From assembly GCA_951406725.2 (NCBI GenBank), contig OX597817.1, positions 135,904,001-135,968,000 of the forward strand: a DNA stretch of 64,000 bases. The letters run 5' to 3'. Each line of letters starts with the position of its first letter. The first letter of the stretch is position 1. The stretch is from Octopus vulgaris. Its lineage: Eukaryota. A model generated the notes under the pieces. The model searched no databases. It was not told where the DNA came from and saw nothing but the letters and a program-made list of their open reading frames with translations. Below, piece after piece: positions 24,732 through 37,258 of this stretch. The translations under genes were made by a program, and so were the position numbers.

Positions 24732-27700
24732 ATGGATTACATTTATGTTGGTTGTTTGAATGTGCGCGGCCTGGGAGCAGGCTGGAAGCAAGGTCGCTTC
24801 CTGCATGATATCAGGTCGCGTAATTTAGATGTTATTGTTGCTACAGAAACCTGGTTAGAGGGGCCAAGAGGTCTTCTCCCGCTGTTTGACGGCTACGAGA
24901 GTTTTTTCTCTCCTGGCAGTCCTACAGGCGGGAGAGGGGTGTTGGTCCTATTAAAAAGAAACCGGGTTTCTGAGAAAAAGTTAATTTTTGCAGATCCAGA
25001 AGGTAGGCTGGTCGTCATGGATTTGACGTTCAGTAATGGTAAAGTTATCAGACTGGTTGCAATTTACGCACCCAACAGTAAAAAAGGGCAAAGTGATTAT
25101 TTTCGTGATCTAGAAAAATTTCTTGGTACTTCGCATTCATTAGTGGTGCTAGGAGACTTTAACACAATTTGCAAAGCGGATGTAGATTGTGTTGGCTCGT
25201 GTCCAGATAGGAAAGGTAACAGTGGCTTCATGGAACTGCTAAGCCGCTTTGAGCTAGCAGATCCGTATAGGCTGGAATTTCCGAACGCTCCATTGTGGAC
25301 ATGGTCAAACAGCGACGGATCTTAAAGGTCATATATAGATAGAATTCTAATTAGAAAAGTAGACAGTAAAATAGCTAAGTGTCCACAGTTTTATCCGATC
25401 AGCTACAGTGATCATAAAATGGTCACTTGTAAGCTTGACATAGATAAGGTTAGAAATAGAGGATCCGGTTACTGGAAACTTAATACGTCCCTTTTGGCGA
25501 TTAAGGAGTATAAAGACCGGATTAGGAACATAATTCAGAGGGCACTATCCGGTACCATCATTAATAACAAATGGTGGTACGCCCTCAAACGAGCCATCAA
25601 GTTTGAGTCTATTAGATATAGCATAGGAGTAGTGGCTAGAGAGGCTAGAGGGGATAATACTCTAGTTAAGGAATTAGAGGAAGCCATGAAAACTGGCTCT
25701 GCGGCTCAGGTGGTGTCCAAGAGACTGGTGTTAAACCAGCACCTCGAGGCCAAACACATGGCTGCATTGTCAGGGCTAGAATCCGTCATATGGGATGTGA
25801 AGGAATCAACGCCGTGAGATGGGCCCGAGTGGTGGAAGCTCAGCATGGTAACGGTGCCACGATTCGATCTTTGACGAACCAACAAGGTGAGTTGATAAGC
25901 GAACCCGAGGAGATGTGTGAGGCCTTTCAGGAGCACTTCGCTCAGCTTTTCGGTGAGTGCGGCGGACTGGATAGGAGGAGGGCCTTTACGGACCTACTCG
26001 ACGGGCTGCCGCGCTTATCGGGGCGAGATGCGGAGGGCTGTGAAGGGCCAATCACGCCTGAGGAGGTGGTTGAGGCAATGGCAGACTGCGGCGCGGGCAA
26101 GGCGCCGGGTTTGGATGGTCTACCCTATGAGTTATATAAGAGTATGCCAGACTTGTTCGGGCACCTACTAGCGGAGGTCTATGCGAACTGGCAGCAGAAC
26201 GGGCTCATACCCAGATCTGTGCGCCGGGGAGTAGTGACTCTCGTCAGAAAGGACCCGAGCAAGGTGGAGTGCATTGATAATTTCAGGCCCATCACTCTGC
26301 TAAACACAGAGTTGAAGATTTTGGCCAAAGTGTTATCGAAAAGATTGGCGCGTGTCGCGGATGGTCTGATCGGAGAGGCACAGACATGTGCCGTTCCGGG
26401 CAGATCCATTCAGGATAATCTCCATCTAATGCGGTACACTATAGAGGGGTTTAATAATGATTCTGGCAAGGGTGGGGTACTGGTCCATTTAGACCAATCT
26501 AAAGCCTTTGATAGGGTCGACCATCGTTACCTGGTATCTGCCCTGGCACAGTTCGGGCTGAGCCTTGGCTTCCTCAGGTGGATTATCCAAATGTATGATA
26601 ACATCGACTCGGTAGTTCGGGTGAACGGCTTCTTGTCGAAGCCGTTCAAAATCAAACGCTCGGTTCGTCAAGGGTGTCCGCTCTCCCCGCTTTTGTACGT
26701 GATGGCTCTTGAGCCATTACTGCGAAAACTTAGCGGCATCCCGAGACAGCCAGGTAATGGAAAATCAGTGTCAGCGTACGCGGATGACATCACCATCATC
26801 GCAACCGAAATGGACCACCTATGTAAAGTAGGCAAGGCCATAGAGGCTTACGAGACGGTGACAGGAGCAAAAGTTAATCGCGAAAAGTCAGTCGTCTTGC
26901 AACTCGGCACCTGGAGAGGCAAGTCGATGCCTCCTGACAGCGTCGTGGGACGTTGGACGGAGGGTCCGATTAAACTGCTAGGGGTCTGGTTCGGTCCAGA
27001 CCTCCAAATAGAGAAGAATTGGGGCGAGGTAACGAGCAAGGTGGCTGCAGTAGCCAAGACCTGGTCTTGGCGGTGGCTATCCTTGAAAGGGAGGGCGGAG
27101 GTGGCCAATGTGTTTATCGCATCGGTTATCACCTACCGCCTTTCCGTCGTTCCTTGCTCCGATTCGTGGTTGACCAAGTTGGAAAGACAGCTCTTCTACT
27201 TCTTGTGGAAGGGTAGGAAACCACTTGTGAAACGCTCTACTTGCTGTCAACAACCGTTAAAGGGTGGGCTAGGGATGCCTTGGCTGATGATGCGCAGACA
27301 TGCGCTGAGGTTAAGACATCTGTGGCTCTACCTGGATGGTGAACGGGTGTGGTCTCCGTTAGCAAAACTGATGTTTCCCAAGTTCACTAGTTTCGGTGGA
27401 TGGGAAACCTGGCTGAATCGTAGATCGAAACTCGGTACTTGGTACACGGAGTGTCGCAAGGCTCTCCTGCTATTCCGTCGCTCGGGCAACGCCTGCGGTG
27501 GGGGTTCCACCACATTCTTCTATAGAGGGTTGGTAGAGGCGGAATGTGAAGATACCTTGGGGAAACCCTAGGTCTCGACGATAATCAGCTGGCCAGTCTG
27601 TTCCGACGTACGTTCAAGCCGAGGACACTGGACAACTTCCAGAAGTCTCTGGCATGGCAATGCTACAGAGGAGCTCTACCTGTTCGGGATAAACTCGCAA

Positions 27701-28128
27701 GGCACGGTGGCCAAGACAGTCCGATATGTCCAAGATGCGGGCGGGATAGGGAAACCGTCCCGCACGCTATTGTTCATTGTCCGGACGTGTCTGAGGTGTG
27801 GGTTTATGCCGAACAGCTGTTGTCAGGTACACGAAGAGTACAGCTGTCGACTGAGTCGATTACAAAAATTGACCCACCGGATTTCCTCGTGAATGAAGGT
27901 AAGTTTCGTTTTCTCGTTGTAGTAGCAATTGCGAAAGAGGTGATATGGAAGACGAGAGTGAAAGGTTTACAGTCAGGCAAGTTCATCTCTGGCCCTGGTT
28001 TGATGAATTATTTCATCTTCCACCTGAAAAGGAAGATAGGGCTGGAGAGAATATGCCTGACTAGGAGAGTGTATGAAGAACGATGGAAAGATGTGGCACG
28101 GAAGTTGCGAGTGAAAGATACAACATAA
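24732..28128 (+). pseudogene. Tx1-like ORF2 (APE endonuclease, reverse transcriptase, C-terminal zinc finger), disrupted
   Basis: Motifs CLNVRGL, LGDFN, SDH, GYWKLN, NFRPITLLN, DQSKAFDRVDH, RQGCPLSPLLY, YADD and CPRC..H..C; stop at 25323-25325 and frameshifts near 25770 and 27570. Confidence 0.92.
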
Positions 28129-28434
28129 ATGTAATACCAAGCGCAACCAAAAGTATCAGTGGGGAGGCGGGGCTCGTGGGGTCCGAGCTAAACCCGCACC
28201 CACTCCACCTGTAATGTCTTCCGGTCTATTCCATCATTCGATTTTGTGTATATTCTTGTAATTTCATGTTATTTTTAAATCCGATTTTTTGTAAAAACCA
28301 TCCGTATGTCTGACCCCACATCAGATTGTATTGTCCCCTCTATGTTCGCCCCTTGTGGGTAGTAATAAAATCAACTGAATACTCACCATGTAGTACCTTA
28401 CTGATTTTTGCTGGATTTTACCTCGAGAAAGGAA

Positions 28435-28781
28435 GTACTTGTATCGCAGAGTGGTCCCGGTTTGCGCACACACGCAGACGCGCGTCCGCGCTAACCAGAC
28501 GTAGGCAGTCGATCGTACGAGCTGACTGGCGCATGCACGATATATACTTGTATCGATATATACGTGTATACGATATATACTTGTATATATACGATATATA
28601 CTTGTATCGCACAAGTATATATCATATATATACAAGTATATATCGTATACACGTATATATCGATACAAGTATATATCGTGCATGCGCCAGTCAGCTCGTA
28701 CGATCGACTGCCTACGTCTGGCTAGCACGGACGCGCGTCTGCGCGTGTGCGCAAACCGGGACCACTCTGCGATACAAGTAC
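28435..28781. mobile_element. Foldback/Mutator-like palindromic MITE
   Basis: 171 bp arms (28435-28605 and 28611-28781), 5 nt loop, about 4 mismatches; 11 bp TSD cgagaaaggaa at 28424-28434 and 28782-28792. Confidence 0.9.
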
Positions 28782-28939
28782 CGAGAAAGGAAACCTGAGG
28801 AAGGAGGGCTAAATTTCGAATACTTCGTACAACCACTTTTCTGAAACGGCTGCAGGTTAGGAAAAAAATTTTAATCGCCTCTTTCAATTTAGGTTTTTAT
28901 TTTTCATGTTTATATTCGTATTTCATTGTTATGTTTATA

Positions 28940-29500
28940 TTGGGTTGTCCGGAAAGTTCGTTCCGATTTTTAAAGGAAAGTAAAGGTCACTAAATACTTG
29001 CCATCACATTTTTAATCAACCAAATCTGAACCATTTCGCTGCACAATACGTCTCCAGCTTTCCTTTACCTTGAAAATACCCTCTTCCCAGAATTGGGGTG
29101 GTTTCAAGGCAAAGAATTCGTCAAGGTATCGTTTTACGTCATCTAAGAAATTGAAATTTTTACCATTAAGACTTTTCTGCAGAGACCTGAATAAGTGGAA
29201 ATCCGAAGGAGCAATATCTGGGGAATAGGTGGGGGTAACACATCCCAGCCGAGCTGCAGCAATTTTTGTCTGGTTCCCAAAGCATCAAGTGCCGAAAATG
29301 AACTTTCTCATCTTTTATTTTAAAGGGTTACAGAATTAATACAGGTTATAGGAACATAAACCTTCTTCCACGAAAACATAGCTTAAACTGTGCTCTAAAT
29401 GGAGGTGTAGTCAAATCCTATTTTATGGACTCAAACATGTTCTAAAATAAGTCAAAAGATAAGCTACTATAAATCGGCACGAACTTTCCGGACAACTCAA
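28940..29500 (-). mobile_element. Internally deleted mariner element
   Basis: TA-flanked TIRs ttgggttgtccggaaagttcg and cgaactttccggacaactcaa; minus strand encodes YSPDIAPSDFHLFRSLQ. Confidence 0.9.
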
Positions 29501-29747
29501 TATTTCTATATTTTTATCATGAAACTCTTAACATAAATATGTGTATATTCGTATGGAATAATACCTCATGTGCTACATCTGAATTTTCTTGTCTGAATGT
29601 TTTAAGACAAATATCCAAAATTTTTATCGTATACCACATTTAATTAATACTTAGCTCATATACGGAGACAAAAATGTTGTACTATATACTGCAGGTTATC
29701 TCCATTAAAATTCTCGTATTATATACATTATATATATATAATATGCA

Positions 29748-30473
29748 CACTGGCGAAAATAAATTTAAGATCGATTATAAAAGTTCTATTTCTTTCAAAA
29801 TATTCTGTTACTAGCCCTTTGCCGATCTTTATATTGACCAGTCTCCGAGTATAACTTCCACGCTTGCACGCAAGCCGGTTTACTGCACTTTAGTTGCTTG
29901 CTGATGTCCGAAAAGGAAACTTATTGCTGTAATATACGATTTTTGCTCTCGTGACTGGACTAAGGCTACTTTGTTTTCCCATTATTAATAAATTGTATAA
30001 TAACATTAAATTATAACTTTATATGATGCATTTAGGCTCGTTGTGTGACCACCCATTTTGGCCAAAAAAATTGCATACTTATTACATGGTCTTAAACTAA
30101 TTTTGCCGGTAAATTTGAAACGTTTATATTACGCTCTGAGTTCAAATTCCGCCGAGGTCGACTTTGCCTTTCATCCTTTCGGGTCGATAAATTAAGTACC
30201 AGTGACGCACTGGGGTCGATGTAATCGACTTAATCCGTTTGTCTGTCCTTGTTTGTCCCCTCTATGTTTAGCCCCTTGTGGGCAGTAAAGAAATATATAT
30301 TAATTTAGCATTAGAATTCTTCAAGTTGTATAAAAATTGTTTGCATCATTCGAAAGAGAAATAAATTTTGCATAAGGTGTAAAAGATATGAATAATTTGT
30401 ATGGTGTTAGTAACAAAATATTTTGTAAGAAGTAGAACTTTTATCGTCGGTCTTAAATATATTTTCGCTGGTG
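29748..30473. mobile_element. Tc1/mariner-type MITE with about 70 bp TIRs, interrupted by a SINE
   Basis: cactggcgaaaataaatttaagatcg.. mirrors ..cggtcttaaatatattttcgctggtg followed by TA. Confidence 0.75.
30131..30296 (+). mobile_element. Nin-like SINE, 5'-truncated (tail A)
   Basis: Matches about 9048-9212. Confidence 0.88.
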
Positions 30474-30481
30474 TATATATC

Positions 30482-33048
30482 TCAGGTCATCCCATAAGTT
30501 CTGTCCGAATTTTGAATAAAGAATCCAAGTGATCAAATGTTATATTTAATTGAAAGTTAATCATCAATGTACTTTCCCTGATTATCTATGACTTCCTTAC
30601 ATCTATTTACAAGCTTTTTAATTCCATCAATGTAAAACTCTTTTGGTTTCAAAGCGAAGAACTCTGAAATGTCAGGTTCGACCTCCTCCTGGCTTGCGAA
30701 AGTTGTGTCCCCCTAAAGGAGTAAGGTCGGGAGAATAAGTTGGATGAAGAAATTTTTCCAAACCGACCTCTTCGATCTTCTGTGATGTGATCTTTGCAGT
30801 GTGGGGTTGCGCATTGTCCTGATGAAACACCACTCATTTTCGACTCACTAAAGCGGCTCTTTTTTCCTTCAAAGCTTGGTTCAAACGCTCTAATTGTTGA
30901 CAGTAGACTTGAGCATTGATTGTTGCATTAGATGGTAACAATATAAAGTGAATTACGCCTTTGCAATCGCACCAGATAGAGTAGAACCTTTTTCCCCATG
31001 AAGTTCCCTTCTTGGTTGTGGTTGAACATTTTCCCTTTTACCAAGCCACTTTTTACGACGTTTAACATTTCGATAGAAAATCCATTTTTCGTCACAAGTC
31101 TATCGAAAAAGGGTGAAATGAGTTTGCGAGAATGGAGAGAAGAGCAGATGTCAACTCAGGATTTGCGGTTGCTTTCGGACAATACATGAGGCACCTATTT
31201 TCCAAGTTTAGGAATATTTCCAAGTTGTTGAAGATGACGATGAACTGTTGTATGGTTTGAAGTAAGCTTTATTGCCAATTCTTCAACTGATAATGGCGGA
31301 TTTTCTTCAAGTAATGCCTCAAGGAGCTTATCATCAAACTCAACTGGACATCCTATTCGATCTTCATCTTCAATTTTGCAAACGATCTCCTGCAAGTTCC
31401 TTCATTCAAGCACTTTCCCTTAAACTGAGTGTATGTTTCGAATCACTTCGGTTGCAGAGTTACCCTTATTGTACTCATAAAGAATTATATGTGCCTTAAA
31501 TGCTCCTTGGATACTTCCATGTTGAAAGGGTTTTAATCAAAGCAATTTTAGGGTGTCCACGAAGTCTGGGTAGATGAATAAAATCATAACAATTATAAGA
31601 AATAATAATTTTCCTTTTTTTACTTTTGTTTAAATTAAATAAAAAAATACGTTACTTTTTTTAAATTATTTGTTATTTTTTCTACAGATGATCGAAGAAG
31701 AAAGAAGAAAGAATCCCAGATCGAATGACGGATCTGTCTAAAGAAGAAAGAATCCCAGATCGAATGACGGATCTGTCTAAAGAAGAAAGAATCGAGTTAG
31801 TATTATTAAGTGGACGAGAGGAATGGTCTTATTGCAAAATTGCGGAAGAATTTAATCTTCGACACCCTTATAGGCAACCTTTTTTTTTACTGCCGTCGGG
31901 AAATTGATCACGAAATTTAAAGAAACAGGCAGTGTTTTGGATAAAACCCGTTCCGGGCGATCAAAGACTTCAGATGAAACGAAAGAGGCTGTCGAGGCTA
32001 AAGTTTCTGCTAGCCCAAAGAAATCACTTCGGACATCCACGGTGTTAGGTGTTCCAAAACTAACCATCCACAAAATGCTGGTTGAGGAAAAGTTTCATCG
32101 ATACAACCTACAGATACTGCATCACTTAAATGAAGACGACCCTGATAGACGAATGTAGACGTGCGAATGGTTTTCAGATAAATTGGATGAAAATATCAAT
32201 TTTACGAAAAACTTTGTGTTGTTCAGTGACAAAGCTACGTTTTATGTAACTGGTGAGGTCAACAGACAGAATCTTCTGTACTGGTCTCGGGGTAATCCAC
32301 ATTGGATGGATCCATCCAAACAGCAAGGCAGTAAAAAGGTGATGGTGTGGTGTGGTTTGTGGAAAGTTCATGTTCTAGGATCCTTCTTCATTGAACATGT
32401 AACGGATGAGACTTATGTAAACATATTTAGAGACAAATTAATATCTCAAATTGAGCGCCTAGGCGAGGGCCTTCCGAATTGGTTTCAGCAGGATGGGGCC
32501 CCTACCCATTTTGCCACAACTGTTAGAGATTGGCTTAATGACACTTTTCCTCACTAGATTGGAAGAAGGGCTCATATGTTAAGGTCCCCTCGTTCACCAG
32601 ACCTTTCTCCCCTTGATTTCTTTTTCTGGGGTATGTTGAAAGAGAAAAATTACAATAAAGATTACAGATTTAAGGCACATGAGAGAACGCATTACCAGTC
32701 AGTGTGTTGAAATTGATGGCAATGTAGACTTATTTAATCAAGTTCACCTGAATTTTGCAAGGCGCATCAAGTTATGCATTAAAAATGATGGAAATCACTT
32801 TGAAAATATTATTTATTAACATTATAATTAAATAAAATTGTTTTGTTTTAAAAGTATGTGTTAATCCCCATGTACGCAGACTTTGTGGACACCCTCTATT
32901 ATTTTGTAAAACAGTATTGAATTAGTTTAAACGTACACAAATGCATAAACATAATTTTTAATTGAATTAGACATTTGAAATTACTATTAAATTTCATTCA
33001 AATCTAAAAAAAAAGGTAAAATTGAACAGAACTGATTGGATGACTTGA
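30482..33048 (-). mobile_element. Degenerate mariner element hosting a nested Tc1/mariner insertion
   Basis: TIRs tcaggtcatcccataagttctg and cagaactgattggatgacttga; minus-strand transposase from ATG at 31520 (MEVSKEHLRH..LLEENP..VHRHLQQLG..*VPHVLSE). Confidence 0.85.
31549..32896 (+). mobile_element. Tc1/mariner superfamily element of DD41D (rosa/Visitor-like) type, nested
   Basis: TIRs agggtgtccacgaagtctg and cagactttgtggacaccct; transposase pseudogene 31725-32819 with FSD, VMVWCG, FQQDGAP and SPDLSPLDFFFWG; 40 residues between the second and third D. Confidence 0.88.
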
Positions 33049-33959
33049 TATATAATCTATGATATTCTAGTAGGTTTCAAGTTTATAACACCTTGATATC
33101 TCATGTTATCTCATTTTATATGCCTAAGATGTTTATTTTCTATTCTGGTTTTTATATATTTCTATACATTATATTTGTATCTATAATTTATTTTAAGCCG
33201 AATATGGTGACATGTGCGATGATTTTGCGACTATCTTATATTTTACAGAGAAATTGGAAGCCCCGAATGTAAGCCACCACTTTAAGCATAATACAATATT
33301 TATAGTTCTCTATTTCTAACTCAAATTCTGTCCTCAATAATTATTGATCTCTATTTCTAAATGTAATTCTTTTTCTTCTCGTTCAGTTTATAACTATAAC
33401 ACGCATTCTTGTCTGTCTCTTGACAAAGCTTTTTTTCTCCAGCGTTCACCGCTTCACCTCGTTAGGGTTAAACAGTCCTTACCGAATGTTTTCACTATCC
33501 TGTTTTTGTTAGCAGCTTTGACGTTCTACGTATCTCAAATTTTAATTTGCTTTGAGGGAGCAATTGCTTTGAAAAAGACGCATCTTGTTGCACTGCTCGC
33601 AATGCGGAGTAGGTAAATCTGCCAGCAATTGAGGAAGGGTTGTTTTTTTATGCAGCCATTGCGCTATAGTTCTCTATATATAATGGAAATTCTTTCTTTG
33701 TCCCGACCCGACCCGACCCGCTGTGTACAGTCGCCCAGAGCGAGCTCTGGCTGGTCCGAGGTTATAGCAGAAGACACATGCCAAGTTACCACACAGTGGA
33801 ACTGAACTGAGGACCAAGTGTTTTGGAACCAAGTTTGCTACCCTGCACCTGTGTGTGTGGGTGGTTGGGTGTATCGGTATGTGTGTATGGGTGTATATAA
33901 GTATGCATGTGTATATATATGTGTACATATTACATGTACCTCTATATATACATCTAGAC

Positions 33960-34178
33960 CAGTGGTTTTCAACCAGGGTTCCGCGGAACCTTAGGGTTCC
34001 GCCAGTACAGTGCAGGGGTTCCGCAAGAAGTTGCAAAACTGCTAAAATCGGCAGTAATTTTTAAGTCGCCTGTGCAGATATGTGTGCATAAGACTATTGA
34101 ATTATTGCACAGGGGTTCCTCGAGCCAGTGGAATGTTTCCTTGGGGTTCCTCTCCTGCAAAAAGTTTGAAAAGCAGTG
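33960..34178. mobile_element. hAT (Charlie-type) MITE
   Basis: TIRs cagtggttttcaa and ttgaaaagcagtg; 8 bp TSD atctagac at 33952-33959 and 34179-34186. Confidence 0.9.
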
Positions 34179-34249
34179 ATCTAGACATACATGTTTACAT
34201 ATACATGTATATCTATAGAAATACATCTATACATATACATCAGTATATA

Positions 34250-34586
34250 TACATGTATTTATATATATATGTATATATATATATTTTGTATTTATATGTA
34301 TATATATATATTTTATATATATATATGTATATATATGTATATATATATATTTTATATATATATGTATATATATGTATATATATATATATTTTATATATAT
34401 ATGTATATATATGTATATATATATTTTATATATATATGTATATATATGTATATATATATTTTTATATATATATGTATATATATATGTATATATATATATG
34501 TATATATATGTATATATATATATTTTATATATATATGTATATATATGTATATATATATATTTTATATATATATATACATGTGTATG

Positions 34587-34640
<54 letters not shown>
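34250..34640. repeat. Higher-order AT minisatellite derived from (TA)n
   Basis: Recurring unit of roughly 30-45 bp like tattttatatatatatgtatatatatgtatatata. Confidence 0.8.
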
Positions 34641-34644
<4 letters not shown>

Positions 34645-34657
34645 ATTATATATATTA

Positions 34658-35048
34658 CTAGTCGCCATGATAGATCGTTAGCCACTACGCACATTTTTTT
34701 CTACCATAGCGGATCTTCTTCTAGCAAAATGGATGACCACTGTTAATGGTTCATCCGTGTTATATAATACTTTCACTTTAATAGTTTCAGTATTAAAGTG
34801 AAAGTGTCTGCATTACAATAGCGAGATGTTTTTGTTTCACTTTTAACACGTAATACTGAAATAGTGGAGAAGATATGATATTGCTGTGGGGTCGCCCTAG
34901 GCAAAAAGTAAAAAATTTTTTGGCCGATGACACTCCCCCGACCTTAAAGCATGTGTAAAATGTGAATGAAATTGGTTGTGTAGTTCTCAAGTTTTAGAGA
35001 AACACACAGACAGACAGGCACACATTCTCAGTTGTATATATATAGATA
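34658..35048 (-). mobile_element. Helitron-like non-autonomous element (possibly composite)
   Basis: Minus strand starts tctatatatatacaactgagaatgtgtgcctgtctgtctgtg and has caaccaatttcattcacatttt; CTAG next to the TA-rich tract at the other end. Confidence 0.5.
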
Positions 35049-35585
35049 TATATATACAACATATATATACAACATATATGTATGCATATATATATTATGA
35101 CAGAAAGGAGAAGAATTTAATGCAGTAATATAATATATATAGCAATATATAATATGGAAGAAGGACACTGTGGAATAAACTAAAAGAAGAGCATGAAGTG
35201 CGTGGTGGTGGTAGTGATGGTGGTGGGTGGACTCTGAAAGGGGGAGATTTCTGGAGGAGTGGGCGTGGTAGGAACATTCTAGGTGGACGTATATAAAAGG
35301 TAGATGAAGAAAGAAAGGCTGAAAAGTCTTTTGAAGCTTGGCAGATGTGTTCAGAGACGACTCAGAACGGAAAGAGACAGCGCCTCACCGTCTTCTGTCC
35401 GTCTACCCAACTCCTCCCTCCATCTGAACGCCTCATCTCTTACTCATCCTTTCTATCACTTTCAATCGCTCTCTCCCACACCCATCTCTCTCTCTCTCTC
35501 CCTCTTCGAACCACTGAAGCACATATACACACTCTAAGAGTCTCCCTACACATTTAGATACTTTAATATACATTAATGTACTTAT

Positions 35586-35966
35586 GTCGTCGTCGTGGCA
35601 CTCCGTCGGTTAAGACGACGAGGCTCCCAGTTGATCCGATCAACGGAACAGCCTGCTCGTGAAACTAACGTGTAAATGACTGAGCACTCTACAGATACGT
35701 GTACCCTTAACGTAGTTCTTGGGGAGATTCAACATGACACAGAGTATGACAAGGCTGATCGCTTTGAAAATACAGGTACAACAGAAACAGGAGGAAAGAG
35801 TGAGAGAAAGTTGTGGTGAAATAGTACAGCAGGGTTCGTCACCACCCCTTGCCGGAGCCTCGTGGAGCTTTGGGTGTTTTCACTCAATAAACACTCACAG
35901 CGCCCGGTCTGGGAATCGAAACCGCGAATCCGCTGCTTTAACCCCTGGACCATTGCGCCCCCACAC
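35586..35966 (-). mobile_element. Third tRNA-derived SINE family with RTE-like 3' tail
   Basis: Minus-strand head ggcgcaatggtccagggg..ggtttcgattccc; tail accgacggagtgccacgacgacgac; 9 bp TSD tgtacttat at 35577-35585 and 35967-35975; related tail at 39255-39410. Confidence 0.8.
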
Positions 35967-36555
35967 TGTACTTATATACGTGTGTCTGAATGTCAGTGTG
36001 TGTGTGTACATACAATTGCATACATATATATGTATTTATATATATTCTTTTCTTCGCTTCAGCCATGCGGATGCGGTCATGCTGGAGCACGACCGTGATT
36101 TTGCACTTTTACACATCCTCTTTAGCGGATTTCTTCAGAGTGGTAGGATTTTTTATCACCACGCCTATGTGTACTTTCTTGTTGGTTGTTGACCCATTTG
36201 GTGTATGAAAGAGTTTTGCAATGCTTCCCTCATCTGTATCTGATGCTGAAGCCATTGGTTCTTCCTGCACCATGCCTTGGACAATGTCTCGCTCCTGGTT
36301 GAGGACATCCACATCCATATTGTCTAGGTTTCTTAATTTTTGGAGAGTGGAGGGTGGAGAGTGGGGGGGGGCATTGAAGAGCTGTAGGCCTCATGTAGGA
36401 AGCAAGTTTACCATTAAACTAAAGGATTGCTCAATACCTTTTAGCAGAGTACATATTACTGAACTTTTACAAGAAAACTGTTGACAGTGACTTCGAAGAC
36501 AATCAAACTGAAACTTTGCGCCTCTACTAAGCGTTTCTTTTTAAAAGTTTACATG

Positions 36556-36592
<37 letters not shown>

Positions 36593-36595
<3 letters not shown>

Positions 36596-36906
36596 TTTAA
36601 ATAAGCAGAAAATGAAGAAAACTTTTAATCAACAAACCAACAAATTGACCAACATCGGTTGATTATTTTTTAAATACAAAACATAACATAACATTTCTTA
36701 CGGCTGTTTCCGCTACCAATGTTAGTCGGTGCTTACGAAAGAAATTCCGAAAATAATATTTGTCGTCTTCATAGCACATTCGATCAAGTACATGTACGGC
36801 CGTAAGAAATGTTATGTCATGTTTTGTATTAAAAAATAATCAACCGATATCGGTCAATTTGTTTGTTGATCAAAAGTTTTTTTCTATTTTCTAATTATTT
36901 AAATTT
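36593..36906. repeat. Inverted repeat with about 110 bp arms and 90 bp spacer
   Basis: 36593-36706 mirrors 36797-36906. Confidence 0.85.
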
Positions 36907-37051
36907 GATTCCTGATAAACTTTTGTTTATTCGGTTCTTACGTGTACCATATGTGCATAGTGTACTTGCATATTCATGCACAGGTAAATGATACCGATAG
37001 TAAGATACACTTATCCCTTAAGCGGTCATTTCAACCGCTAACTCTGCTTAG

Positions 37052-37107
<56 letters not shown>

Positions 37108-37227
37108 TGCATGCATACATGCATACATACATACATACATACATGCATAAATACATACATACATACATGCATGCATGTATACATACATACATACATACAT
37201 ACATACATACATACATACCTACATACA

Positions 37228-37258
<31 letters not shown>

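Larger units (their letters stand above)
23137..28371 (+). mobile_element. Near full-length Tx1/L1-group non-LTR retrotransposon
   Basis: 5'UTR, ORF1 with zinc knuckle, ORF2 with APE-RT-zinc finger, and 3'UTR; flanking duplication caactgaatactc (13 bp exact, 24/28 when extended) at 23109-23136 and 28372-28399. Confidence 0.95.

Noticed and set aside
23317-27986. Antisense and alternate-frame ORFs over the Tx1 LINE (and likewise over the RTE)
   Set aside because: They are shadow ORFs of GC-richer coding sequence.
36109-36484. Short ORFs with protein-like composition
   Set aside because: No recognisable domain or exon boundaries; probably a decayed TE fragment.
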